In this document: piece by piece, positions 1 to 9,135 of the stretch
Position numbering within the stretch: position 1 is the stretch's first letter
Layout of the letters: the number at the start of each line of letters is the position of its first letter
The notes under the pieces: generated by a model
Seen by the model: only the letters and a program-made list of their open reading frames with translations
What the model was told of the DNA's origin: nothing
Database searches by the model: none
Made by a program: the position numbers and the translations under genes
Assembly (NCBI GenBank): GCA_001029715.1
Contig: CP011212.1
Coordinates: 195,407 to 259,406, forward strand
Reading direction: 5' to 3'
Length of the DNA: 64,000 nucleotides
From: a candidate division TM6 bacterium GW2011_GWF2_28_16
GTDB taxonomy: Bacteria; Patescibacteriota; Microgenomatia; UBA1400; PJMF01

Positions 1-618
1 GGAGCAATTTCCAAGCTACATAATAAAGCCACTTTTCATTTTGTTAAACAAAAAGATAGTGATCCTTACGGAACTGCTATGCCAGTTATTTTAGCTAAAG
101 ATTATGTTAAAGATGAAGAAGCTTTTTTAGTTCTAATGGGTGATGATTTTATTTATCAAGCAGGAGAAAAAAGCGAGATAGCAATGATGATTGAGGCTTT
201 CGAAAACTCCTTTGCTAAGGGTTTAATTACTTGTGTTGAAAAACCAACTGAACTATTAAATAAATATGGAGTAGTAAAAAGCAGAACTGAGGGTAATTTT
301 CAATTTATGGAAGAAATTGTTGAAAAACCAGAGCTAGGAAAAGCTCCATCTAATTTGGCAAATATCAGTAAATATATTGTTGGTCAGGAAATTTGGCCAA
401 TTTTAGAAAAACAAACAGTTGATCCTAAATCTGGAGAGCTTTATATTACTGACACCATCCAGGCTTTAGCAAGGATGAAAAATGTTTTGGTTTACACCCC
501 TCAGGGTGAATATTTCGATGGCGGTTATCCGCTTGGTTGGTTAGCAGCCAATCTGAGAATTGCCAAAGATCGTCCTGAAATTTGGTCTCAAATTAAGGAT
601 TTCGTCAATAAAAATTAG
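1..618 (+). CDS. galU: UTP--glucose-1-phosphate uridylyltransferase, 5' truncated by window edge
   Basis: Frame 1 is open from nt 1. The GalU-like motif LVLMGDDFI and the C-terminal region match. The N-terminus lies outside the window. Confidence 0.7.
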   Translation, partial: GAISKLHNKATFHFVKQKDSDPYGTAMPVILAKDYVKDEEAFLVLMGDDFIYQAGEKSEIAMMIEAFENSFAKGLITCVEKPTELLNKYGVVKSRTEGNFQFMEEIVEKPELGKAPSNLANISKYIVGQEIWPILEKQTVDPKSGELYITDTIQALARMKNVLVYTPQGEYFDGGYPLGWLAANLRIAKDRPEIWSQIKDFVNKN

Positions 619-710
619 GCATATTTCTATTAATTCTTACATTTTCATGATTTTAATGGATTGATTTTTCTTTTCATATAGACTATCATCTATATGAAAG
701 GTTTTTATAT

Positions 711-1343
711 ATGTATACACTTCCAAACTTACCCTACGCTTACGAGGCTTTAGAGCCAAATATTGATGTAGCAACGATGCGTGTTCATCATGATAAACAT
801 CACCAGGCTTATTTAGATAAATTTAATGCAGCTTTGAAAAATTATCCTCAATTGCAAGCAGAAAATGCAGAAGATGTACTCTGGAATTTTGAGAGTCAGG
901 TTAAACCTGCGACTCCAGCTGATATTCAAGTTGCCATAAAAAATCATGGCGGTGGCTATGTTCATCATAGTTTGTTTTGGAAAACGATGTCGCCAAATGG
1001 ACCAAGAGAGGCAGTGGGCGAACTGGCCGCCGCCATCTCTAGTAGATTTTCCTCTTTCGCAGAATTTAAAACTCAATTTACTGATTTAGCTGGTAAACAC
1101 TTTGGTGCTGGTTGGGCCTGGTTGGTGCTTAATGAAAAAAAGGAACTAGAAATCTATTCATTACCCAATCAAGATTCGCCACTTTTAAGTAAACACTATC
1201 CAATCATGGGGATTGATGTTTGGGAGCATGCCTATTATCTCAAGTATCAGAATCGTCGCCCGGAATATTTAGAAGCAATTTGGAATATACTTGATTGGAA
1301 AAAAATTGAAGAGCGTTACCAAATTGGTTTAAATAAATCGTAG
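711..1343 (+). CDS. sodA: Fe/Mn superoxide dismutase
   Basis: Classic SOD N-terminus LPNLPYAYEALEPNID..HHDKHHQAYL and C-terminal DVWEHAYYL metal-ligand motif. Confidence 0.9.
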   Translation: MYTLPNLPYAYEALEPNIDVATMRVHHDKHHQAYLDKFNAALKNYPQLQAENAEDVLWNFESQVKPATPADIQVAIKNHGGGYVHHSLFWKTMSPNGPREAVGELAAAISSRFSSFAEFKTQFTDLAGKHFGAGWAWLVLNEKKELEIYSLPNQDSPLLSKHYPIMGIDVWEHAYYLKYQNRRPEYLEAIWNILDWKKIEERYQIGLNKS

Positions 1344-1377
1344 ACTTTACTCTAAAATTGTTTTAGTATGTTTGCTT

Positions 1378-1962
1378 ATGCTCGAAGTTATTCTTGACGT
1401 TGAAACAAAACAGATTTTTGACGATGTAGGTGGTTATTTTCCAGAGAAATTAGGTATTTCCTTTGTTGGAGTCTGCGTGCGCAGCGACCGCTCCCAAAAA
1501 GGTGAGATGATGTCTTTCTTTGAAAAAGATCTGCCAAAGCTTTTCCCTCTTTTAGAGCGAGCTGATGTAGTGGTTGGTTTTAATATTGATGGTTTTGATA
1601 TGCCAACTTTTATTCCTTACTATCGTGCAGATATCAGTCGTATTCCTACTTTGGATGTCATGGATCGTATCAAAAAAAGTGTTGGGCATCGCATTGGTCT
1701 TGACGCTGTAGCCAAAGAAACTTTAGGATCAGGTAAATCTGGAGATGGTCTAGATGCAATTCGTTATTATAAATCTGGCAACTTTGAAGCTTTGGAAAAA
1801 TATTGTTTACGTGATGTAGAGGTTACCAGGGATGTTTATGATTATGGTTTGAAAAACGGCAGAATCAAATTTCGCAATAAATGGAACCGTTTAATTGATG
1901 CTCCAGTAGATTTTTCTTTTGTCAGTTCTAAAGCTAGTGGAACGCAAATGAGTTTGATATGA
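1378..1962 (+). CDS. DEDD-family 3'-5' exonuclease (RNase H-like fold)
   Basis: Exo I LDVET, Exo II NIDGFD and Exo III YCLRD motifs in the expected order. ATG at 1378 is preferred over the TTG at 1372. Confidence 0.5.
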   Translation: MLEVILDVETKQIFDDVGGYFPEKLGISFVGVCVRSDRSQKGEMMSFFEKDLPKLFPLLERADVVVGFNIDGFDMPTFIPYYRADISRIPTLDVMDRIKKSVGHRIGLDAVAKETLGSGKSGDGLDAIRYYKSGNFEALEKYCLRDVEVTRDVYDYGLKNGRIKFRNKWNRLIDAPVDFSFVSSKASGTQMSLI

Positions 1963-1972
1963 TTCGTTTCAG

Positions 1973-2521
1973 ATGACTCCAAAATTCTGTTTTACAGCCT
2001 CAGTATTTCTCATTCACAATGACAAAGTTCTCCTGATTAAGCACAAAAAACTAAATATGTGGCTTGGTCCAGGAGGGCATATCGATGAGAACGAATTGCC
2101 TCATTTGGCAGCTGAAAGAGAATTTTTTGAAGAAACTGGTCTAAGAGTTAAAGTTTACAGTGCCTATAAAAAGCTGAGTATTTCGTCTAAAGACGATCGT
2201 TTTTTTCATCCCTTACCTTTTGCGATTAATGAACATTGGGTTTGCAAAGAAAACTATGAAAGACGCTTGCTTGCCGAGAAGAATAAAGCAGAATTTGCCC
2301 CAGAAACCAAATGGCCTAAAGGCTGTGAAAAACATTTGAATTTTACTTATTTGGCTAAACTCATTGGTCCTTTAGAAATTAATCCAGCAGAAGGTGAATC
2401 ACAAGAAATTACTTGGTTCTCGCTAGAAGATCTAAAAGGAAAAGATAAAAAAGGATTAATGGAAGATATTTTTAAAGAGTTGTTGAAAGCTTTTGAACTT
2501 GCTAAGTCGAGTCATTCTTGA
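1973..2521 (+). CDS. NUDIX hydrolase
   Basis: Nudix box GPGGHIDENELPHLAAEREFFEETGL. Confidence 0.75.
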   Translation: MTPKFCFTASVFLIHNDKVLLIKHKKLNMWLGPGGHIDENELPHLAAEREFFEETGLRVKVYSAYKKLSISSKDDRFFHPLPFAINEHWVCKENYERRLLAEKNKAEFAPETKWPKGCEKHLNFTYLAKLIGPLEINPAEGESQEITWFSLEDLKGKDKKGLMEDIFKELLKAFELAKSSHS

Positions 2522-2538
2522 GAGAATAACCACATATT

Positions 2539-3036
2539 ATGTCTCCTAAACATCAGCTAACAGAAAATGTTAAATTACTGCAAAAAGCAGCCATTATTCG
2601 TCAAGGTGAATCTTTTGCAGAAGTATTACTCTTAAAACGAAATATAAGTTCTCTATCCAGACCAAATTGTTGGGATTTACCAGGTGGCAATAGTGAATGG
2701 CCAGCAGTAGATCAAAACTCGGCAGCCAATCTTCATTTAAACGACATTACTAGAGAAATTACTGAAGAGACGGGTTTAGTTGTTGATGAAAAATCTTTTT
2801 CTTTAGACAAGTTGAGTCATTTATCCACCTATTTTGATGTTGATAAACAAGTTTACACAATGATTTGTGGCTGGTTTGTTGATTTTTCAGCAACTGATCA
2901 AAAAGAAATTCAGACATCTGATGAGCATCAAGAATATACTTGGGTGTCTGAAGCTGAATTGAGCAATTATGATTTTGGTGGAGAGAGCGGTGCTTTTCTT
3001 TTAGATACTATCAGAAAATCTTTTGCTAAACTCTAA
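2539..3036 (+). CDS. NUDIX hydrolase (divergent)
   Basis: Degenerate Nudix box LPGGNSE...REITEETGL. Confidence 0.55.
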   Translation: MSPKHQLTENVKLLQKAAIIRQGESFAEVLLLKRNISSLSRPNCWDLPGGNSEWPAVDQNSAANLHLNDITREITEETGLVVDEKSFSLDKLSHLSTYFDVDKQVYTMICGWFVDFSATDQKEIQTSDEHQEYTWVSEAELSNYDFGGESGAFLLDTIRKSFAKL

Positions 3037-3044
3037 AAATATCC

Positions 3045-3614
3045 ATGAAATTTTTCGTTGCTTCCAAAAATCCAGTCAAAATTAATGCAGTCATAAGTGC
3101 CATAAAAAAAGAATTTCCCAATTCCTCAGTCGAAGGCTTTGAAGTAGATAGTGCTGTTTCAGCTCAGCCGATGAGTGATGAAGAAACCAGACAAGGAGCG
3201 CTTAATCGTGCTAAAAACCTTCGAGTTTTGCTTATAAAACAAGAAGTAATTGAGCCAAAAGAAGAAGTTTTATGTATCGGTTTAGAGGGCGGTGTTTTTC
3301 ATCCTGATTTTGCTAAGAGTAAAAATGAACTTTGGTCAACAGTTTGGGCGGTTGCTATAGACCATAATAATCAAAGCTATTTTAGCAATGGCGCTCGTTT
3401 TCCTTCACCACAATTTTTATCAGATATGATCTTGGCTGGAGAAGAGATGGGTCCAGCTTTAGGTCGTCATTTGCAAGATCCAGATTTGCGGAAAAAATCA
3501 GGTATGATCGGCTTTATTACCAACCATTTTACCAATCGGACTGATGAATACGAAAGTGTTGTGAAAATTGCAATTGGCCTCTGGTATGGTCGAGACTGCG
3601 TCTTGACAAAGTAG
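3045..3614 (+). CDS. YjjX-like inosine/xanthosine triphosphatase (non-canonical purine NTP phosphatase)
   Basis: N-terminus MKFFVASKNPVKINAV and SDEETRQGALNRA resemble the YjjX family. Confidence 0.6.
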   Translation: MKFFVASKNPVKINAVISAIKKEFPNSSVEGFEVDSAVSAQPMSDEETRQGALNRAKNLRVLLIKQEVIEPKEEVLCIGLEGGVFHPDFAKSKNELWSTVWAVAIDHNNQSYFSNGARFPSPQFLSDMILAGEEMGPALGRHLQDPDLRKKSGMIGFITNHFTNRTDEYESVVKIAIGLWYGRDCVLTK

Positions 3615-3650
3615 TTTTTTCTCGGCAGAATGGGATCATAGTAATACTTA

Positions 3651-4172
3651 TTGCAAGGAAATATGTCAAAAAAACTGCAAAATTTTCTCCCTTATATTTT
3701 TCCACTAATTGCCATCATTTTGGTAGTAGTGATGTTTGCTCGCTGGTACAAAGGCAAAACTGCCGAAGCTCCAGTTAGTTTATTGGATTCACAATTAGAG
3801 GTTGAGAGTTTGCCAGTTGATGTGCAAGATAGCATTATCAAAGGAGCTACAGATTACTCAATGATAGATATGCAAGGTTCAAATTTAGCTACTGGTGAAC
3901 TACGCTATCAGATTAAAGATGACAAACTTAGTTTTACTGTAACAGCTAATTTGCAAGAATCAAAAGAAGATTATGCCGTTTGGTTGGTTGATTCTGCTAG
4001 CGATGCTAAGAAACGTGTTTTTAACCTCAAATATTCTAAAGCAGGTTATATTGGAAGTGCGATGGTTCCGGCTAATATTTTATCTGTTGAAGTAGTGGTT
4101 GCTAAAGCCTCTGATCTAATGTTAGAAGATGTGCTTTTACATGCAGAACTCTTAGCTCCAGAGGCAAATTAG
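3651..4172 (+). CDS. hypothetical N-terminally membrane-anchored protein
   Basis: Single N-terminal TM helix (IFPLIAIILVVVMF) followed by a soluble domain. No recognisable family. Confidence 0.45.
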   Translation: MQGNMSKKLQNFLPYIFPLIAIILVVVMFARWYKGKTAEAPVSLLDSQLEVESLPVDVQDSIIKGATDYSMIDMQGSNLATGELRYQIKDDKLSFTVTANLQESKEDYAVWLVDSASDAKKRVFNLKYSKAGYIGSAMVPANILSVEVVVAKASDLMLEDVLLHAELLAPEAN

Positions 4173-4247
4173 TTCTTTGTTTGATATATTTAGATGTTCT
4201 TTGACATAAAAAAATGAAAACTGCTTCTTGATTAGCTAGTCAAGTGT

Positions 4248-4292
4248 GCTAATCTTAGTAGCAGACTTACATTAATAAATAAGTCTATATTA
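4248..4292. promoter_or_regulatory. short palindrome AGACTTA-N10-TAAGTCT upstream of small gene
   Basis: 7-bp half-sites identical to the terminal stem base of the 6409-6570 element. A further TCTCTGT/ACAGAGA inverted repeat follows. Confidence 0.4.
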
Positions 4293-4334
4293 ATAAAAAT
4301 TATTCTCTGTGTTACAGAGAAAGAAGGGTACTAC

Positions 4335-4538
4335 ATGGCAAACGCCTACAGTTACACAAACTCAAAAGGTCAAACCTACTACCTCCACACCAGAGATGTC
4401 ACCTTGAAGAATGGTAGAGTTCAAACCATCTACTTTTTCGCACGTGATATTCGTGAGGGTTCCTTAAGTGCAGTTCCAGCCGCCTATCAGGTGATTGAAA
4501 CCAGCAGAACAGGAATGCCAGTTTTGAAGAAGAAATAA
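4335..4538 (+). CDS. small hypothetical protein (67 aa)
   Basis: SD-like GAAGGG sits 8 nt upstream and a strong terminator follows immediately. Unknown family. Confidence 0.5.
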   Translation: MANAYSYTNSKGQTYYLHTRDVTLKNGRVQTIYFFARDIREGSLSAVPAAYQVIETSRTGMPVLKKK

Positions 4539-4565
4539 ACTCTTCTTCACTATTTGTGAAAAGAT

Positions 4566-4591
4566 AGCCCCGCTTTCAAGCGGGGCTTTTT
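4566..4591 (+). terminator. rho-independent terminator
   Basis: AGCCCCGCTT-TCAA-GCGGGGCT hairpin followed by a T-run. Confidence 0.75.
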
Positions 4592-4608
4592 ATTGATATA
4601 TTAACTTT

Positions 4609-5064
4609 ATGAAAATCTATCTAGGTAGTGACCACGGTGGCTTTAAATTAAAAGAAGAATTTAAAAATTATCTTTTAAATAAACATCCAGAATTTGAATT
4701 AGAAGATTGTGGAGCTTTTACTTATGAAGCCGAAGACGATTACCCGAAATTTGCTTTTGAAGTAGCTTTGAAAACTGCTACTAATCAAGAATTGGGTGTT
4801 TTACTTTGCCGCTCTGGTTCGGGAGTGGTAATTGCAGCCAACAAAGTTAAAGGTATCAGAGCAGTTGAGCTTTATGATGATAGAATTGCCGCTCACAGTA
4901 AGAGTCATAATCAAGCAAACGTGATTGCTTTTAGTGGAGATTATTTATCTTTAGAAAAGATGATTGAACTATTTGAGATCTTTCTAAAAACTGGAGTGGA
5001 TAAGAGTGAACGACACCAAAGACGAATTGCTCAAATTACAAATTACGAAAATACGAATAATTAG
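4609..5064 (+). CDS. rpiB: ribose-5-phosphate isomerase B
   Basis: RpiB/LacAB motifs MKIYLGSDHGGFKLKE and GVLLCRSGSGVVIAANK. Confidence 0.85.
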   Translation: MKIYLGSDHGGFKLKEEFKNYLLNKHPEFELEDCGAFTYEAEDDYPKFAFEVALKTATNQELGVLLCRSGSGVVIAANKVKGIRAVELYDDRIAAHSKSHNQANVIAFSGDYLSLEKMIELFEIFLKTGVDKSERHQRRIAQITNYENTNN

Positions 5065-5089
5065 ATTAAAGATTTAAGGAAAACGAGAA

Positions 5090-5755
5090 ATGAACTTAGA
5101 CGTAAGCGCCAATGTTTTAACTAGTAATTTAGAGTTAGCCAAAAAACAAATCGAGTTAGCTAAAAATGCCAACTTAGAAGCCATTCAAATAGATATTGTC
5201 GATGGCATTTTTGCCGATATGCATACTTTCACTCCACAAGATTTGATTGATATAGATTTTGGCGATTTACAGATTGATTTTCATTTGATGACCGAAGAGC
5301 CGATGGATTATGTTTGGGAAATGGAAGAACATTGCCGTCATCTGCCAATTAGAGCAGTTTTTGGTCAGATCGAAAAAATGTCCTATCAAGAGGCTTTTTT
5401 GGAAGAGGTTAAAAAACAAGATTGGCGTGCAGGTTTAGCTTTGGATTTGTATACCCCTATTGAATCAATTGATGAAAATAGTTGGGAATGGATGGATTCA
5501 ATTCTTCTTTTAGGAGTCGAAGCTGGCGCTTCAGGTCAAAAACAGAATCTTTTCCTTTTTGAAAAAATCAGGGTTGTTAAAGAAAAAATTCAAAAAGGCG
5601 AGCCAATGCGAGTTTTTGTTGATGGCGGAGTAAATAAGGACAACATTGAAAAATTACAAATGACGGGAATCAGTGGAGTGACAGTTAATTCAGCATTTAA
5701 TAATGCTGAAGATTACAAACAGGCTGTAGAGGAATTTTTAAGTCATGTCGAATAA
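5090..5755 (+). CDS. ribulose-phosphate 3-epimerase-like TIM barrel (divergent)
   Basis: Collinear with Rpe motifs (IDIVDGIF..HT, DFHLM, FVDGGV). The first metal-ligand His is replaced by Gln. Confidence 0.55.
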   Translation: MNLDVSANVLTSNLELAKKQIELAKNANLEAIQIDIVDGIFADMHTFTPQDLIDIDFGDLQIDFHLMTEEPMDYVWEMEEHCRHLPIRAVFGQIEKMSYQEAFLEEVKKQDWRAGLALDLYTPIESIDENSWEWMDSILLLGVEAGASGQKQNLFLFEKIRVVKEKIQKGEPMRVFVDGGVNKDNIEKLQMTGISGVTVNSAFNNAEDYKQAVEEFLSHVE

Positions 5756-6362
5756 TAAAAAAATTACTATCCCAAAGTCTAATCGTTTGTGCAAAATAAA
5801 TAAAATTGCTTTTTATGGTAGCGCCGATTTAAATGAGTCAGATCATGAATATGCTGAGGCCTTTGCTGCTGCTAAACATGCAGCTAAGCGAGGAAAAGTT
5901 ATTGTTAATGGTGGTGGTCCTGGAATTATGGAGGCTTCTACCAGGGGAGCAAAAGCAGGTGGTGGTAAAACCTTAGTAGTTACTTTTTATCCAGAGGATC
6001 TGCCAGAGTTTGAAGGTAGAGCTGAGCAAAATATTGCTGACAAAGAAATTAGAACAGCTAATTACATCGAGCGCATGTTTGGTTTGATGGATAATGCTGA
6101 TTTGTTTGTTTGTTTCAAAGGTGGAACGGGCACCTTGAGTGAATGGGCCACTGCTTGGCTTTTGGCGCATCTTTATTATGGCAATCATAAACCCTTGATT
6201 CTCTATGGTGAGTTTTGGCATGAATTTATGGATGTGGTTCATAAAAATTTTATGATTGGTTATAAAGAAGCCAAAGTTTATCGTATTGTGAGTAATTTAG
6301 AAGAATTTAAGGTAGCTTTACGTATTTTTGAAGAAGAGATGACTGCTCGTCGTTTGAAATAA
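5745..6362 (+). CDS. LOG-family (TIGR00730) nucleotide 5'-monophosphate nucleosidase-like protein
   Basis: GGGPGIMEA motif and Rossmann-like layout typical of LOG/YgdH. Confidence 0.65.
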   Translation: MSNNKKITIPKSNRLCKINKIAFYGSADLNESDHEYAEAFAAAKHAAKRGKVIVNGGGPGIMEASTRGAKAGGGKTLVVTFYPEDLPEFEGRAEQNIADKEIRTANYIERMFGLMDNADLFVCFKGGTGTLSEWATAWLLAHLYYGNHKPLILYGEFWHEFMDVVHKNFMIGYKEAKVYRIVSNLEEFKVALRIFEEEMTARRLK

Positions 6363-6408
6363 TCCCAACTTTTAAGTTAAGATAGAGACATAAAGAAAGT
6401 CTGCCACT

Positions 6409-6570
6409 AGACTTACAGCAAAATAAAAAAAGGTTCCTTAACTTATCTTTTACATATTTTAGTCTTTTCTTCTTCCTCAAGTAGACTAAGCTACTATTGT
6501 CATCAGAAGAAGACTAAAATATAGTAAAAGCTAATATTAATTAACTCATTTTTTATTTTGCTGTAAGTCT
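6409..6570. repeat. 162-bp nested palindromic element with 22-bp perfect terminal inverted repeats
   Basis: AGACTTACAGCAAAATAAAAAA at 6409-6430 is the exact reverse complement of 6549-6570. The interior is itself near-palindromic. Confidence 0.7.
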
Positions 6571-6572
6571 AT

Positions 6573-7508
6573 ATGTATGATGTTATTTCAATCGGTTCAT
6601 CTTTGCTTGATATTTTTATCAAGTCTAATGATTTAGAATCTGATCGCGATGGCGATAGGCAAATTTTGACCTATGGCGAAAAATTAGAATTAACAGATTT
6701 TCACATTGTTACTGGTGGTGGAGGTAGTAACACTGCGGTTGCTTTTTCTCGCTTAGGATTAAACACAGCTGTAATTTCTGAAACGGGACGTGATGATTTT
6801 TCTGGATTGATTACTTCTGATTTTCAAAAAGAGGATGTGTCCACAAGCTTACTTATTCAAGAAAAATTAGAAAAGACTGGTGGCTCAGTTGCTTTGGTAG
6901 CAAAAAATTCAGAAAGAGTAATCATGGTGCACCGAGGGGCAGCTTCAATGTTAGATCCTTTTGACATTCCAGCTTTCTGGTTATCTAAAAGCAGATGGAT
7001 TCATCTTTCTAGTATCGGTGGTAACCCACAGACTTTAAGTAAGATTTTTAAGGTATTAAATAACAATCAAGAGACTAAAATGTCTTGGAATCCTGGTAAA
7101 AAAGAACTGCAGTTGTTAGTTGAAGAAAAATTTGCCATAGATCAGATTCCTTGCGAAATCTTTTTTGTGAATGAAGAAGAATGGGCTTTAGTGGAGCCAT
7201 TACACGAAGAAATTTTATTGAATTTTCCACAAGTAGTTATTACTAAAGGTAAAAAAGGTGGTGAGGTTCATCTTTTTGGTAAGAAAACTTTTGAATATGT
7301 GGGTGAGGCTAGTTCTTCAGTTGATAGCACTGGGGCGGGCGATGCTTTTGCCTCTGCCTATGTAGCAGCTATTTTAGATGGCAGAGATGTCCCAATGGCC
7401 ATTGCGTGGGGAGTTAAAAATGCTGGCAATGTAGTAGCTTATTTTGGAGGGAAAACTGGCTTGCTTCGTAAAACGCAAATCTTGGAGTTAACAAAGGATC
7501 AAAAATAG
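6573..7508 (+). CDS. PfkB-family carbohydrate/ribokinase-like kinase
   Basis: TGGGGSNTAVAF and the anion-hole motif TGAGDAFASAY. Confidence 0.75.
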   Translation: MYDVISIGSSLLDIFIKSNDLESDRDGDRQILTYGEKLELTDFHIVTGGGGSNTAVAFSRLGLNTAVISETGRDDFSGLITSDFQKEDVSTSLLIQEKLEKTGGSVALVAKNSERVIMVHRGAASMLDPFDIPAFWLSKSRWIHLSSIGGNPQTLSKIFKVLNNNQETKMSWNPGKKELQLLVEEKFAIDQIPCEIFFVNEEEWALVEPLHEEILLNFPQVVITKGKKGGEVHLFGKKTFEYVGEASSSVDSTGAGDAFASAYVAAILDGRDVPMAIAWGVKNAGNVVAYFGGKTGLLRKTQILELTKDQK

Positions 7509-7527
7509 TGTTTAATTAATTAGCCAT

Positions 7528-8031
7528 ATGAAAAAAGTCTTCTTTATTTTATTTTTACTTGTCTCTTTTTTGCTTTTTCCAAATAGTGCTCGTGCTATGG
7601 AATTAACCAAAATTGGAACTTTAGATATTACTGGTGATGGAATTGGTTCGACTGTCTCTGCTTATACTTATCCGTTGCGCTCTTTTAGTCTTTATGGTTT
7701 AGCTAACGCCTCCAGTTCAGTAGCTATTAAAGTTGATGATGTAACTTATAGCGCAACTGCTGATAAAGATGGTGCTTGGTCCACTTATCTTTCCAATTTA
7801 ACTTATGATGCTCATGGTGTAGCAATTAGTTCTACTGGTCAAACTAGTTTAAATTTTACTTTGACGATCAGTTCTGCTTCGGCAACGACTACTCCAACTG
7901 CTACTCCGACTAGTACGGCTACAACCACTAGTACTTTGCCTAGCGCAGGTGCCACAGAAAACACTTTTTTAATTGTCGCTCTAGCTTTATTTTCAATTGG
8001 CTTGGGTGTAGCAGTTAAATACAGAGATTAG
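7528..8031 (+). CDS. secreted surface protein with LPSAG sortase sorting signal
   Basis: Signal peptide, Thr-rich linker, LPSAG, hydrophobic stretch, then a basic tail KYRD. Confidence 0.6.
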   Translation: MKKVFFILFLLVSFLLFPNSARAMELTKIGTLDITGDGIGSTVSAYTYPLRSFSLYGLANASSSVAIKVDDVTYSATADKDGAWSTYLSNLTYDAHGVAISSTGQTSLNFTLTISSASATTTPTATPTSTATTTSTLPSAGATENTFLIVALALFSIGLGVAVKYRD

Positions 8032-8050
8032 TTTACCTTAATAGAAATTT

Positions 8051-9109
8051 ATGTCAGATTTTCGCGAACTTCTTAACCAAGAAATTGCTGCATTAGCAGC
8101 TAAAGTTGAACAGGGAGAACTTCCCGATGAGATGCGTTACCAGCTCAAAAAAGAAATGGTGGCGCTACAGCGTAGTGTTGAACTTGGCAATTATGATGAG
8201 AAATATGAAAAAGTTTCTCATTATGTCGATTGGTGTTTGCGCATTCCTTTTGGTAAAAAAACTGAAGATACTTTAGATATCCAAAAAGCCCAAGAGATTT
8301 TTAATCAACATCACTATGGTATGCAGGAGGTCAAAGATCGTTTTTTGGAATATTTAGCAGTTTTAAATTTACAAAAAAATAATCTTCAAGATGAAAAGTT
8401 TTCTGCTCCAATTTTGCTCTTAGTTGGCTTGGTTGGTACTGGAAAAACTACTTTTGCTTATTCGTTAGCTGAAGCCTTGGGTCGCAAACTAGTACGTATT
8501 CCTTTTGGTGGTATGGGTAGTTCTAAAGAATTACGCGGTAATTCACGCTTACTTTTGGGTTCAGAGCCAGGCAAAGTTTTAAAAGGAGTTTGCGAATCTG
8601 GAGTAATGAATCCAATTATTTTACTTGATGAAATTGATCGCGCTTCTGATGATGCCAATATGGATATCATGGGTGTTTTAGTGGAATTGCTTGATCCAGC
8701 CCAGAATCATGCTTTTACTGATGACTATGTTAATTATCCAATTGATCTCTCCCAAGCGATTTTCTTAGCAACAGCCAACAATACTCGTAAGATTGCGACT
8801 GCTGTAATGGATCGTATGGAAAAAATTAGCATGCCTTCTTATACTGATGAGGAAAAAATCGCAATTGCTAAGAAATATATCATGCCAAAAGTTCTTAAGG
8901 AAGTTGGTTTAAAAACTGAGCAGTTTGTTATTCGTGACGAAATGTGGATTAAGATGGTTCGTCCGCTTGGTTTTGATGCTGGTATTCGTACTTTGCAGAG
9001 AACTATTCAGGGCGCGGCGCGTAAAGCGGCGCGCATTATTGTTGAAGGTAAATATAACAAGGTTGAAATTGGTCAAGAAAATTACAAAATTTTCTTACCC
9101 TCCTACTAG
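8051..9109 (+). CDS. Lon-like AAA+ ATPase lacking N-terminal and protease domains
   Basis: Collinear with the Lon long helix and ATPase module (HYGMQEVKDRFLEYLAV, GLVGTGKTT, LLDEIDR, LDPAQNHAFTD). The ORF ends where the Lon protease domain would start. Confidence 0.7.
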   Translation: MSDFRELLNQEIAALAAKVEQGELPDEMRYQLKKEMVALQRSVELGNYDEKYEKVSHYVDWCLRIPFGKKTEDTLDIQKAQEIFNQHHYGMQEVKDRFLEYLAVLNLQKNNLQDEKFSAPILLLVGLVGTGKTTFAYSLAEALGRKLVRIPFGGMGSSKELRGNSRLLLGSEPGKVLKGVCESGVMNPIILLDEIDRASDDANMDIMGVLVELLDPAQNHAFTDDYVNYPIDLSQAIFLATANNTRKIATAVMDRMEKISMPSYTDEEKIAIAKKYIMPKVLKEVGLKTEQFVIRDEMWIKMVRPLGFDAGIRTLQRTIQGAARKAARIIVEGKYNKVEIGQENYKIFLPSY

Positions 9110-9135
9110 GCTCAATTCTTGATATAATATTTTTA

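Noticed and set aside
8925-9122. 65-aa ORF overlapping the 3' end of the Lon-like gene
   Set aside because: It is in an alternative frame of a confident CDS and has Arg/Leu-rich low-complexity composition.
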